Source: Bugula neritina (lineage: Eukaryota > Animalia > Bryozoa). From it: a stretch of DNA of 64,000 nt. The notes below the pieces were generated by a model that was not told the origin of the DNA, made no database searches, and saw nothing but the letters and a program-made list of their open reading frames with translations. Positions within the stretch are counted from its first letter, which is position 1. Every line of letters starts with the position of its first letter. Made by a program: the position numbers and the translations under genes. Positions 21,203 through 39,938 of the stretch are shown here, piece after piece. The DNA is taken from the NCBI GenBank assembly GCA_964035545.1, contig OZ037770.1:14250642-14314641 (forward strand), written 5' to 3'.

Positions 21203-24138
21203 GGGGTAAAATACATGAACTTTCCATGCTATTAGATCAGCAATCGCCAGATATCTTTTGCTTATGTGAAACAAAACTAGATTCATCAGTTTCCGATAAT
21301 GAGTTAACCAGAGACTACACCCTGTACCGGCGTGATCGAACTGACGGACTAGGACGTGGAGGTGGAGTCCTTATAGGCCTATCCAATAAATGTCCCTTTC
21401 TCGTTAGTAGAATCAATGTCTCACACCCTGGGGAAATCATTGCCCTTGATTTATCAATCTGTGGATACTCTTTCACTATTGCATGCTATTACCGTAGGCC
21501 CTGTATAAAACAAGTAGAAGATATAGTAAATTGGTATTATGATCAAACCAATCCGAACATTGTTATGGTTGGGGATTTTAACCTACCTGACATTGACTGG
21601 AATGATAGTAACAGGCCTGTACTTAAAACAACAAGAGAAACTAACTTGCATCAATTGTTCGTAGATTTTATAATTTCGAATAATCTTTCTCAGGCTATCA
21701 ATAAACCTACTCACGACAAAGGTAATACACTTGATCTAGTTGTTACAAATGTAACTACCACTAACCCTGAGTTGAGTCATCCTGCTCTGACCATTTTATT
21801 ATCAATTTCAATGTGTTGGCGGATAATGTTATTAAAAGGACAGCATCTTTAACCAAACCAAAACCATATTGGCAGTTTGAAAAGGCAGACATAACGAACA
21901 TCACCGTGGACTGTTACTCCCTACATTGTAAAATCACCTCAGATATCTCTAAGAAATGTAGCGCTGAACAATTATGGCATAATCTCAAATCTGGAATACT
22001 TCAGGTAGCACATTCCAATATCCCATACAAATTTAGAAAGAAAAAATCAGAACTCTGGATATCCCAAGAAACTAAAAGTGAGATCAGAAGAAGAAAACAC
22101 CTCCACCTAGCTTGCCTTAACGATCGCACCCCGCACAACATTTTAAAACATGCCACCCAGTCCCGGTACTGCAAGAAATTGTGTAACAGGGACTATAATA
22201 ATTATATAAACAAACACATGCAATACATTAGAGCAGGGTGATTCAAAACCTCTTTATCGGTTCATAGCAAGTAAAAAGGGCAGCTCAAATACTGTACGCC
22301 AACTGGACAACATCCCCCCTAACAACAATACTGCTATAGCTGAATCTTTTGCGGACTCCTTTGCTTCTGTGTTTTCTATTGATGATGGTAATATCCTCCC
22401 TGCATTCCACCTCAAACTATATCATCTCCTATACAATTTGATCATCGGGGAGTCCTAACACAGCTCACCAAACTCGATCCACGAAAAGGTGCTGGCCCAG
22501 ATGAGCTTTCTCCTGCACTTCTAAAATATCTTGCACATTATATATATGAGCCCCTGACAAAGGTTTTTCAATACTTTTACGATACATCTCAGACACCACA
22601 AGACTGGAAAACAGCAAACATTGTACCGATCTTCAAGAAAGGAAGTCGTACAGACCCGCTGAATTACAGGCCAATATCACTCACTTCTATCATATCCAAA
22701 ATCTTCGAGCATATCGTATCACATAATATCAACTGTTTCCTCGAATCAAATGACCTGTTTTACCCACACCAACATGGTTTCAGGACAAATCATGGCTGCG
22801 ATACTCAGTTGTTGAATACTGTGAGTGAATTTATAGATTTTTTCAACGAAATGATACCGGTTGACCTCGCTGTCTTGGATTTTTCAAAGGCCTTTGACGT
22901 TGTGTCGCACCAAAAACTACAGGTTAAACTGCTAAATATCGGAATAGCTGATAAAACTGTCAAATGGATTTTTTCATGGCTTCAGAGCCGTCTTCTTTCA
23001 GTCTGTGTCAACAACGTCAAATCGGCCACTAGACATGTGACCTCAGGAGTGCCCCAAGGCAGTGTATTAGGACCATTGTTATTTAATGTGTACATAATGA
23101 CATGCACTCTGTGGTAGCCAACAGCAAGCTTAAACTATATGCAGATGATTCCTTGTTGTACAAACCAATCACAACACCTGCTGGTTCTAGTTTATTTCAG
23201 AATGACTTAGACCATCTTATAACTTGGGCAGACGGTTCTCAGATGAAGTTCAATATAAATAAATGTGAGCATATGACAATTCAACGCTCCACTGTAAATC
23301 CTCTAGTGTCTCAATACAGCATGAATATTGACCCCTTACAATGTGTTGACAAAGTATTATACCTTGGTGTCACGATTGATAATAAACTGTCATTCGATCA
23401 ACATATAATAAACATTTGCTCAAAAGCTAATAAATTATTACACATGCTGATGCGCTGTCTAAAAAAGGCTAAAAGTAAAACCAGAGCCATAGCTTATAAA
23501 ACAGTCTGTCGCCCTATACTAGAATTTGCGACCCACACCTGGTCTCCATTTAAATTGAAAAACATCAACATCATAGAAGGTATAAATAGAAAAGCCTTCA
23601 GGTGGACATTCTGTAAGAGAAAACGAGACCATATAACTGAGCTCATGACAAATTCTAATTGGGATAGCCTTGCACAAAGACGTGACAATGCAGACCAAAA
23701 AATGTACTTTCGAATGCTTTCTGGTAGTGCCGCTATAGACCAAGACCGGTTCTCCCTTCATTTTGCAGAGTCTCACAATACCAGACATGGTGCTATTAAG
23801 GGCAATATCAATGCCAAAACTGCCAAACATTCATATAAACATCGCATTCATAAACTTTTCTAATGATTCTAGCTGCTTTGCCTAACTGATTATAAGCACT
23901 TAACACCGACTCTGCTTCATAACATCTGAAGCTGTGCTGTGTATTTTCTTTTTTCTCTCCTGGCAGTAGCTAGCTATTGAGCTTTGAATCAAAGCATAAT
24001 TAACTATATTCTTATCTCGTAGACAAAATGGTTTTCTTCCTTACTACTGATAATCTAAACAATTGTTCATACACCACTGCATCTCGATAAAGGAGCCAAA
24101 GCGCTCCGAGTGAGATTAATTAGATGAGATGAGATGAT
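21203..24138 (+). mobile_element. 5'-truncated, frameshifted non-LTR retrotransposon (APE endonuclease plus RT; CR1/L2-like group)
   Basis: APE motifs CLCETKL, RGGGV, GDFNLPDIDW, NTLDLV; RT motifs NYRPISLTS, QHGFR, DFSKAFD, GVPQGSVLGPLLF, YADD; C-terminal RPILEF..WSP; at least 4 frameshifts; 3' tail of (GATGA)n near 24124-24138. Confidence 0.93.
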
Positions 24139-24899
24139 ACTGATAGTAAATTAATTAGTATTTTTAATTATACTCCTAAAAAGATTATTATGATTATTAA
24201 ATCATATTCCAATTTCAATGTTATTATAAATTTCAATTCATCAAAATCATTATAATGAATATGGTTATCAATTATGATCATTATTTATATTATAATTGGC
24301 ATCATCATTATGATTAGAATCACTTGAATTTGATTATTTAAATTTTAACCAAACACATTTATTTTGTTTACTGTCGTTCCATACACAAGTCGTTTCGTAA
24401 ACAAAATGGATCTTATGTACACAAACGACTGTCTATCCCAAACACAAAATGAATAATGGATTAATCCACTAGATGACTACTTGAATGGTACTAATTTACT
24501 TATTTATTGCTTCCCAGCATATATCTTTAACACCTCCCATGTCGCTTATTGATCAATGTTTTATAATTATCTTTTAATTTATTATCTATAACTATTTTGA
24601 TAAATGAGGTAATATTTATTTTTATTGAACACGGTACTAGTACTACCTTTTGGTTTTATTTTGATCAGTGGTTTATATTAATCTATTATGAAATGTGCAA
24701 GTTGCTTGTGAGCAGTACTGTTTGGCTCATAGTCTCATACATCAAATAATGAATATGTATTTCAGACAATTCATATTGAAGTGTGTACAAAATGACCTGC
24801 ACCTATTAATTTATATTAAATATTCTTATTTGATATTGTAGTTTCTTTTATAAACACAGAATTAGATAGCTTTTTAGTACTTGTAGTTTTACTACTACA

Positions 24900-25979
24900 A
24901 TTATTATTATTATTATTAACATTGGTTGTATCACAGCTTTTTTAGCTGGTGTAACCTTCTACCATCGACCTAGTTTCATTAGGCTGGGATGGATAGAACT
25001 TTCCTCAAGATGTGAGCTGATCCTAGTAAGGCTGTCTGCTGAATCAGTGGGTATTTGTTTTCAGCTACTCCAAGTAGTGCCATCCAGTCTACAGTCTTGT
25101 GTGAAGCTCCAAGGGCTCCAATTACAATGGGGATGACTTTTGTTGATGTTCTCCAAAGGCGGGTTAACTCTAGTGCTAAATCCTGATATTTTCCTATCTT
25201 CTCTGATTCTTTTTCTTTTACTCTGTAGTCACCAGGAACTGCGATATCGATGATTGTTGTTTCAGCATTAGGCTTGTCAACGACTACTATATCAGGCCTC
25301 TTAGCTTCGATGACTTTGTCGGTGTGTATGTTGAAGTCCCACAATATTTTTACATTGTCATTCTGCTCGGTGGTCGTACCAATTTTTGCTTCTCTGAAAT
25401 CCATGAAGTTCACACAACTCCCAGTGAATTATCAATGCCACAGGGTCGTGTCTTTTCTTATATTCTCCTTGTGCTAACTTCTCACATTCACTCAGTATAT
25501 GCATCACAGTCTTGTCCCTTGCATTACACATCCGACCCGACAATTCTTGCTACCTTGTTCTCAGCGAGATCGATCTGAGATCGATACATGGAAAGCCCGT
25601 GAATGAGCACGTTTTCATGTCCTCCACCTTTCTGATGTACTGACCATGTAGAGCCTTTTCTTTCCACCCATCAGCTCTTTCTACCGATTTATCGTTCTTG
25701 ATTTCTATTGATGCTTTGTCCTTTAGGAAGGTATTCAGAGTGGTGTCCCCATCAGTGCATGTCCTCTTTATGTAATCTGACATGCTGCATTATTCAATCC
25801 TTACACATTCTTCAATTGACACCATCCCTCTTCCACCTTCCCTTCTGCTAACATACAGCCTGTCTACATCTGCTCTTGGATGGAGTGCACAATTTATTGT
25901 CATAAGCTTCCTTGTCTTTCTGTCCATGTCTTTTAGTTCATCAACAGCCCAGTCAAGTATTCCAGCTGTGTAACGCTGT
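24900..25979 (-). mobile_element. 3' fragment of an RLE-type non-LTR retrotransposon (R4/Dong-like), disrupted
   Basis: CCHC knuckle remnant (RMCNARDKTVMHILSEC), RHD motif, restriction-like endonuclease WDFNIHTD..RPDIV..IDIAVP..KIGKY..IVIGALG; ends in a (TAA)n run at 24900-24917 with TAA-rich sequence at the 5' junction. Confidence 0.9.
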
Positions 25980-28515
25980 ATTATTAATATTAATAAATAT
26001 TATTGTTTTTTAATTTGTACTACTACCACTTACTCAGTTACTGAGTGAGTCAGCAACTATAATAATAGCCCTTAGAGTATTATTTTCATTACTTAGATTT
26101 ATACATATACCGCTAAAATTTGAAGTTGTACAGAATGATTAAGAATTGTTAGTATAGTAAATAAATAATTCATTGTAGTCATACTCATACTTTAAGGTGA
26201 CCGTGATACTAATGCTGATAGTACTATTTTTTCTAATACAATAAATATATGTAAATAAGTATAACTATAGCATTTACTAGCAAGACATCAAAGACTCACA
26301 TTTATAATAATGATAAATTGATTTGGATCATAATTAAGATCATCATGGTTTTAATTATTTTCACTACCATCATTATTTACATTAATAATAATATTGCAAT
26401 TATCATTACTAGTTACGTCAGTTATAATAACTGCAAAGTGTACTTTTGATTAAGAACTGTGAAAATCATTAGTGATAACAGACTACCACTGTAAGTCTGT
26501 TATCACTAATGAGTCTGTAAGTGTTTTAGTACTAGATGTACCACAAGTATCAATGCTTTAGGTTTTTATGGTGTTGGATACTCATTTTGTTACAGTGATT
26601 GTTATTTTATTGGTACATGTTCTGATTAGTGTGAGTATTAGTTACAATTCCAAATGAATAAGCCATTCTTAGTAAATACTCTTATACTGTGTGAATATTG
26701 ATATGAATTATATGTTTCACATTTACGAATTAGTTTTATTAATACGATATACATTTTTTTAATAATAATGATCATAAAACATTTATAAGTTCATTCATGG
26801 GCAATGCAAAAAAACCGATGCGGTTATATTAGGAAACTGGTAAGAAAGCTTTCAAATGTTGTTTTCTTGTAATTCTTCTTTAAACTAATCACATATATCA
26901 AGGGGGGGGTTCTTTCATATGACATCAAAAATACATGTACAATACAAATACATTTCTCGTTTTATGTTTTCATCTTTTCTGTTTTGAATAGGAGCAAACA
27001 AGTAAGAATTGTATGAGTATGTTAAATTATTATTTAATTTTTCAAAATATTTCAGTTGGTGACCACTGTGGAGGAATTGAATGGAAAGCTGCAAAGACAG
27101 CTTCAGGCACTTATATGTAAGGCATTAGATATGGAGAGAGGCAATCTGAGCTTATCCTTATATAATGCAAGTAAGTTAATTAATGCAATGCTGACTTTTA
27201 TTTATATGCATATAATGTTTGTTTAATGACAATTTGTGCCTGAAATTACTTGCGAAATTTAATTTGTCTTCTGCTTATAAAAATCTATTCGGAACTTTTT
27301 GCCTGTAGAATCTTCAACATTTTAAGAAGTCATCATAATTGTTTTTACTACAGAACATAGTCAAATTATTATATTTACTTTTACATGAATAATCAGTTTC
27401 TCAGTTTTTTTCTTTATCTTCATGAACAAGCATTAACTTTGAAGACCTAAAAATAATGTACACAATTTTGAGGTATTTTTCTTAAGTGTTTAAAATGTTT
27501 GGCTGTGGGAAGAATATTTGGACATGATGTCAATATGTTTCCTAGTTTTTCATATGATTGAACTTGATTTTTGCAATCCTCCTATAATATACTCAATCGT
27601 GGAGTCCTGAATGTACACTTTAACTACGAGATTGTTTAGGGTTGTTTTAATTTTACTCTGTTACTTAACTATATTTTAATCAAAAAACCCTTAATTTATA
27701 TTGATGGTATTTATGCTGATATTTTAGTCAAGCTGACCTAACACTTGTTCAGTTCAGGCTCGTCAATGTATGTTTGGTTTCAAAAATTAAACTGCAATGT
27801 AAAGTATTCCGACTACTTAACTTGAAAATGCACTAAATGCAGGGAAATGTTATGTTGATTTTTGTTACCATAGTTCATTTCAAACTCATACATGTGATTA
27901 ACAAAATACTTTATTTTGTTTTGCAGTGTTATCAATATGAAATTATGGATGATGAAATTATGGATGGCAGCCAATTTATTTTGACTATCAGACAAGGACT
28001 ACAGTTTTTTATGGTAATTTCAATTTTTGAATATATCTCTTCTATTATACATAAAATGTTCACCTTCTGCTTCAATTTGCAGCCAGGTTTTACTCATTGC
28101 TGCTGAATTCAAGTCACCTCATCACACAGCCAATCTACAAGACTGCACTAAAAAGCTGCTATTATATTTTTTCACCAATTAATTAAAAGAAATAGAACTT
28201 CGGCTTCACAAGTGATGTCACTCTCATACTCCTTGTTTTACTTAATTTCGCCATCCCCCTATTTTTCACTGTATTCTTTTAGGTCGCAGTGTTCTGCATT
28301 ACCAACTCAATTGATGATTTCTTTTAATTTTTAACCCCCATGCTTAAATGTTTTGGTCTTGCTCCCTTTCTCTCGAGTTTCACAGTGATGTAGCTGATTC
28401 CCTTCTTGTTTTATTGTTCTCTGCTGCATAGGTGCCCATATTATTCCAGCCTTCCCTTCCCCACAAATATAGTTACTGCTTTTACTGCTGCCCTGTCTCT
28501 GATCCCCTCATTTCT

Positions 28516-29027
28516 GGGGACGAAGCACTATTCCGAAGGCCAATTGCTCCGAAGGCCCATTGCTCCGAAGGTCCATTAGTCCGAAAATTAGTACACACAG
28601 GATTTCTCACTGAGAAATCATTAATATCACTCACAATTCAGTTTAAGTTCTTGCTATATTATTGCTCTGTGGGTGGCATGTGTGTTGTCTACTTGCTACA
28701 TCATCTATCAACATGATTATGCATATGGTACATTATTAATTACAGGCTTGCTAGGTGACAGGCTAGTGAATAGCTTGGTGTGTACTTTGTTTATGGGAGC
28801 AGCCATAATGGAATGTTGATATAAGCCGGCGATCATAGTGTAATCTCAGTCTAAACAATCACAAATAGGCAACACACATGCCACCCGCAGAACAATAATA
28901 TAGCAAGAACTTAAACTAAATTGTGAGTGATATTAATGATATTCTCAGTGAGAAATCCTGTGTGTACTAATTTTCGGACTAATGGACCTTCGGACTAATG
29001 GACCTTCCGAACATTGACTAGTTACCC
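28516..29027. mobile_element. Foldback-type MITE with about 170-bp TIRs and 16-bp subterminal repeats
   Basis: 28516-28695 is the reverse complement of about 28862-29027 (ccgaaggtccattagtccgaaaattagtacacacaggatttctcactgaga...); TSD tcatttct/tcatttat. Confidence 0.92.
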
Positions 29028-31908
29028 TCATTTATTATGTATAGCACAACTCATCTCCATGAAACCTAATTGATCCTCTATAGATACTAAGAACTAGGCG
29101 CGGCCTGCAGTCATAATTTATTGCCATAAGACATTGCCAGTCAAATGCACATTTTATATCAGCATGTTCAATTTTGTTGGAGTCTTCTTGTTGGAACCTT
29201 ACCCTATGCCTTTCTCTACCCCTGTTTTGCATACTCTATTGCTATGTGTCACTTTAATGAAACCATCGCTTCAACTTATTTAGTTTGACTGTTGAAATCT
29301 ATTTTGCTTTTACAGGTCTAAAAGAAAGTGGCCATTTGAGTTTAAATGCAGCTTCACTATTGACAAGAGAAGAAAAGCATCTAGCTATATAATTAAGATG
29401 ATTTGCAGTGATTTGCACCCTGATGTTACCCTACCAGTGGTTCTGTTGTCATACTATTGTTCTTTCATACCTTTGTACTTTTTATTGTAAAGAGCTAGGC
29501 TTGAGCTCTGTAATAGGCAAGCCTACAATATATATTGACTGACCACAAATATGTCATCTCTCTCTCACATAATCGCACTAGCATTGGTTCCAAAAACTCA
29601 TACCTTAGTAATTAGATGCATAGCACAAAATTTTAGCAATAGGAGTATTGGTAAATTTTCCACATGAGTGGTGAGGAAATAACACTAACTTGAGACATTT
29701 CTAAAACTATGAACATTGCTTTGCAAATAATCTGTACAGACCAAAAAGCTATACTTATCGTCTTTTATTCAGTGCTATAAGCCGGTATTTTTCAGAATTT
29801 TGGCCACAGCAAAGTGTTTTGCCTTTTTTTTGTACACATAATATTTGATTTGGAAAACTTGGAAGCTGCGGCTTACATGCACTGCATTTCATCATTCTCA
29901 TTCAGAAATGAATTTCTCATCACCTCATGGAACTAATTACATATCAAAAGAAACCACAACTAATATGTTACTGCAACTACGAATTCACACAATGCTCAGT
30001 CATAGAAGCAAGTAATAAAAATCTCAATGTCAGCCCTGGTCAATATTTACCTAAATGGCAACAAACAAATTTTACTGCACCATTTCAACAAGTTAAGATG
30101 TAAAACGCCTATTCTTTTAATTTGATTGTTCAGCTTTATTTTATTTTTAGATTGTACTGGCTGGTGCAATAAAAATATATTTGGAAAGGCTTTAGTTTTA
30201 TAGAGGAAAAACAGTGAAATAACTTTCGTTTTACCATGCACCCCTAATCAACGCTGTTGTAGTTTAAGAGCTTAGGCTAATAAAGTTTCTCAGCTAATTA
30301 ATCCCACCTGCACACATCTTTACACATAATTATCAGTCATCTCAGCACCACGCAGTTTTTGGTTGCGTATTTCAAGTTATTCTTTTATTGTAAATTAAGA
30401 GATAAAAACAAAAACTGCAGGGCTTACCTACAGCCAAGTAGAGAAATATTCAATATGCTGTCAAAGGCAAACAAACAACACGAACTATTATAATATGATA
30501 TTAACTATATGCACATGTGCTATGCTTCTATTTATTTTTGAATTTTGGCTCAGATATGCTAAATACTCAAACTTGGCTTACTTCTTTTTCTGTTCAGCTG
30601 TATAAGTCAATAGCTAGTATTTTAGGAATAAAGTTTCTACTTAAATAGAATTTCCATAGGGTAGTCTTTAGTATTATACATTCTTTGTCTGCTAAAATTT
30701 ATGTGCAAAGTAATATTTATAGTACTGTTTTGAAAGAATAACACACCATTTGGTGCAGGAATGTGGTCCCTATAAAAATGCAAGTGTTGGTGATGGAAGT
30801 AGTAAACAAATTGCTACTGCAAGTGTAGAGTAGTGTGACTTTCAGCCATGACAGAACGTACTTCAGAGCGTAATGACATAGCATAACGTCAATAGTTGTG
30901 CATTACATGGATTAGTTGCCTGCTAGCCCGTTTGTAACACATTCTGTTAGTGCAAATAGTGGTAAACCAGTAGGCCTAATGGGGCTGCATTCGCGAACTA
31001 TTAATAGTTAACATATTATGCCGACCACACTGTCATTAACCTTTGACCATATTAATTGTTTTCCATATGCCTATTGTGAACTGCATTATGTTAGCCGCAA
31101 CGCGTTTGGTAAGCTTATCAGTTTAGCTATAGCTACATAAGTACTTGTAAGCTCGCATGCACCAGGCAATACCATGGTAGGCCAACTGCTAGGACCATGA
31201 CTAGTGCAGCCACAATTAATGTAACCAACCAGTTTTGACTGTAGTGTGGCCATATGTTTGGCTTTGTTGGTATTTTGTCAGAGTGCAAGTCTCAACTGAT
31301 GCCATAAATTGCAATGTGAAAGCTATCATGAATCAAGTAATATGTTAGTAAAGATATGCAAAACTGTATAGCAAGTCACAAAGTTATCTCAAAACAATCA
31401 GGGTTTCAAATTTTATCACTGATGGCCATAGCTCAAGCAAGTTGAATGTCATTGCAACAAAAGATATAAAAAATGAAGCAACTTGTGTTCTCCAAAAAAT
31501 TAGTTATTGTACAAAATTTACCTCTAATATTAGTTTAGATCTTTTCATGATTTGCTGACGTAAACCTAAAATTGAGGCTGCATGTGTTCTTAAACCAAAG
31601 TGTGCTCACCTATAAAAGATAATTTGACTTGTCAATCTATTATCTAGTACATCAGTACCATAGCTCTGACCACTGGCTGTGCCTTAGTAATAATATACAA
31701 ACTACTTATTTCTAACTGTTGGTTCATTTAATCAAGATACCTTTACAAGTAGCAACGGAGTCATAGGCTAATTTTAAAACAAGATTGCAATCCACTGCTA
31801 GTGAACACCCTGATGGAATATAACCCACTCATTTCTCTAGCTCAGGAGTCTAGCTGCATGTTGTTTATATTATTATAATATAGTTGCTCATGTATTGGCT
31901 CTGTTCTG

Positions 31909-31997
31909 GAGATGATGAATTGGCTTAGTGGTAAACAGTGTCTCCATTGCACCCTGTAGGTATGGGTTCAAGCCTCAGCAAAAGCAAAATTTTTTTA
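31909..31997 (+). mobile_element. tRNA-derived SINE head (degenerate)
   Basis: A-box tggcttagtgg and B-box ggttcaagcc; no complete cloverleaf seen. Confidence 0.55.
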
Positions 31998-32443
31998 CAA
32001 TCTACTCTTGCCAAATACTTCCACTAAATTTTTTATACTAATTCTACACAATGATATGCGTAATAATAGTGATGGGTCAAATATGACTATAACTGTAGCA
32101 TTTCTTTCACTTTTCAAATATCATTCAACATGCAGGTGGACAATATATATAGTACATGCATATTAGTTAGATACTGAACACTGGGCTAAATATAGTGTTT
32201 AATTAATAAGTAAATATTGAGAGTTGGTGCAATAATAGAGAAATTAAGTTATGTTCTTGTGATTACATTTTTATTAACCGGCACCCTACGCTAAAATTTA
32301 TTATCCAGATAAGGAAGGTTAGGCTATCAAAGCTTTTAAATTACTGCACAGAAGTGTAAAAATAGCAGCCTAGCTATTTCTTCTTGTAATAATGAAATGA
32401 CATTCATTATGTAAATAGGCATATATATCGTCTATACGTACAT

Positions 32444-32631
<188 letters not shown>

Positions 32632-33061
32632 TTTTTTTTTAATTCTGTTACATCATATTTTAGCTTTAAAACATGCATGTTATGTGCATTTGTTTATCAC
32701 ACCCATGCAGTAAATATGTCAAAAATTCCTTACTTTTGGTACCTAAAATTTCTTTTAAAATATAAGCAGCTATATATAGAGCATTTTTTCAAGTTAAAAA
32801 ATATGTATATATATTTTTTAACTATGTTTTAAAAGGAATACAAATATGTAAACCACAAAGCAGTGATTGCCTTCTTTCAATGCCATATTTTTGATGACAC
32901 TAAGAAAGAAGGTGATAATGCAACTCCTAAGAGCATGTTGCACTATGTCGTTCCTCTGTTTGCGAGTATACCATTTGTATTAATGTATGAAGTCTTCAAC
33001 ATATATTTCAACTTATTTTTGCAAGTAACTCGTGACAGTAAACTATATGCTTGCCTTTCTT

Positions 33062-33435
<374 letters not shown>

Positions 33436-34653
33436 GAAAAATGCAGCACTCATAATAGTTGTTATTTTATGAACAGCTTACTATAGCTACAGTTATATGT
33501 AATTGCATAGGAATGTTGCAAGTGTATGCTAAAAGATGGTATATAAAACATGTTGACGAATTTGTTGTGGAGAAATTTAAATAATTACTTAGCATTTAGC
33601 AATAAAATTGTTCATGTACAAATCAGAAACACCAAGTTGTAGGCATATATTTCAAATAGTATGCATGAATTTGCAAAAGAAAATGTAACCTAAACTCTAC
33701 CAACGTTGTGTTTCTTAAAGTTAGGAGATATTTACCAACAAAGCAAAAAATTAGAACCTATACTTTTACTATGAGTATATATGTTTTATATATGTGCTCA
33801 TTTTGTATATACTGCACAATATGTTATGTACAATGTTAAACCAAAAGAATCAGAACTTTATAGTGTAATACAGGCACATCTACAATGTTAACAAATATAA
33901 CATTAAAAACAAGAAACAAAATTGTTGGTCTCTTTTACTTAATTTTTTACAAGCAGAAACTTATTATTGCAGCAAACTAAATTTAAATGCTGAGGTTCGT
34001 AAAGGTATATGTTTGTTAAATTATTTCACATTTGTTTATATTCTACAAATAATTTCTACATCTTTTCTAATTGCGATATTTCTTTTCGTCTACTACATGC
34101 AGCTCATTATATAAATATGTATATACAACGCAGCATAAAATTTTATAATACTAAGCAAAAAATGCTAGAAAATATTAAAATTTTACAAGATGATATTATA
34201 TTATGGTGGCAATAAAGTTGTAATAGACTATTATTTAATGAGAAGACAATTATGTTTTTATAATGAAGATTGATAAATTTATAATATGAGCTGAAATTGA
34301 GTGAGAAGACAATTATGCTTTCAAAATACTTACAAGACTAAATTCTTATCTAATAGCTACAGTAATTAATATCCTTTGTTTAGAACAAAGTCTAAAAGGA
34401 GCGGATTTAAATAAAAATTCAGACCTGCATTTGTTAAAGCTTTTCAATCAAAATTATTACATTATATTATTTTTTCTCATAACTCCTAGCTCCTAAAACC
34501 TTTCGCATAAAAAAATTGATTTTGAATGCAAATTACTGCTAGAAATTGTCGTGTTAATGTCAACCCTAACTGTATCCACCACATGTTATAGTTGTTACGA
34601 TCGTTGCCTAACCAATGAAGTTGAACTGGTTGTACCTCCAGCCAATCAATTAC

Positions 34654-38121
<3,468 letters not shown>

Positions 38122-38644
38122 CTGCACTGCAATGAAATTATATTATGTAGGTATATATATATTATAACTTATAGGTTTTAATTGACTAAGATATTTATTT
38201 AAAATCAATTGCCTACAAATTTGTTTAGTAGCAGGAAAAGAGTTTTGTTCAACTTCTCAACAATAGAAAATGACTGATCAAGCAAAAATATATACAATAT
38301 AAAATAAATAGTTTAGAAAAAGCAAAAGTATTATAAGATGCAACAAACATTATAATGTGGTAAAAAAGCTCAGATATTTAAAACAAGTTAAATATAATTT
38401 AGAACTATTCCTGATGGTAATTTGAATCATTTGTGTAAATTGCATAGGTTATAGGTTTGCACATGATACATAGCTTGCATTGTTTCGAAGTAAGTTTATA
38501 TAGCCAGGGCAGGGCTGATGATATTCTATGTATTTTCATAGCTTTTTCTTTTGTCCTTGAGTTACCGTATGTGCTTACTTAACTCAGTGGAAATCACCCT
38601 ACTGCCATGCATCAATGAGAATAAGTATAATATATGTTAGACAA

Positions 38645-38870
38645 CATAATATAATACAATATAGTGCAATACAATATAATATAATACAATATAATATACA
38701 ATATAAAATAGTACAATAAAATGCAGTATAATATATTACAATATAATATATTACAATATAATATAATATAATATAATATAATGCAATATAATATACAATA
38801 TAAAATAGTACAATAAACTGCAATATAATATACTACAATATAATATAATGCAATATAATATAATATAATT
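38645..38870. repeat. (AATAT/AATAC)n pentanucleotide repeat
   Basis: Directly visible. Confidence 0.9.
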
Positions 38871-39695
38871 TATGTCAAGCTATTCTTGCATGCCTAGGAG
38901 ACATGCAACTGCAAGGAGAAATTCACCTGCCTCTGGATTGAAAGTGCTTATATTTTAACAACATATATAACCAGGTAGAGTGAAATCCTTAGGTAATACA
39001 GACACATATGTGAAACAGTCACTGCATAATCACATCCATGGTGCTTTCATGCATTATATAAATATAAACATTCCACTTAGCCAAGTGATAGAGAGCTTAC
39101 CAATATTCTTACAAGATTAAGTTTATTGTATTGTGGTCATTAGGTTAGGAGCCCGTTTGTTCCTTATTCTAGTTGTAGGATTTAGGGCTATTGCAAATTT
39201 TAATTCCATGCAGTCATTCGAAGGCATTAACACTTTATATAACCTATACTTTGGTTTGGCTCAAATGTGGAAATTGTTAATTTACCTTTATCAGTATATG
39301 TAAATAGATTAGGTGAACTCAACTCAAGCTAACCTCTCAGCTGCAAATAGTGAAACAGAAATAACTAATCAAAAATGTTTAAAGCACTATTTATGTGTAT
39401 TCTAGGTAAAACTTACTGTAGTATGTAAAGTGTACACAATAAATTAGGTAATAAAGTGTTTGTGTGCATCATGTACATATTCGTCTTGTATTATTTTTCC
39501 TACTTCTTGTACAAAAATCATTGTATAATAAAATGATTTGGTTCATTGTTATGATTAATGAAATAGTATATCATTTTGTTACACCTACTATATATACTAT
39601 ATTGTATATATTGTTATATAATGTATAGCCTATATATTTATATAATATATAATTATATTGTTTTATAATATATATATAATGCAATATAATATATA

Positions 39696-39938
<243 letters not shown>

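Larger units (their letters stand above)
24380..29392 (+). other. Possible spliced transcript (lncRNA or decayed gene)
   Basis: AG/GT-bounded segments at about 24400-24487, 26992-27001, 27056-27170, 27927-28012 and 29315 onward, but no continuous reading frame could be built. Confidence 0.25.
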
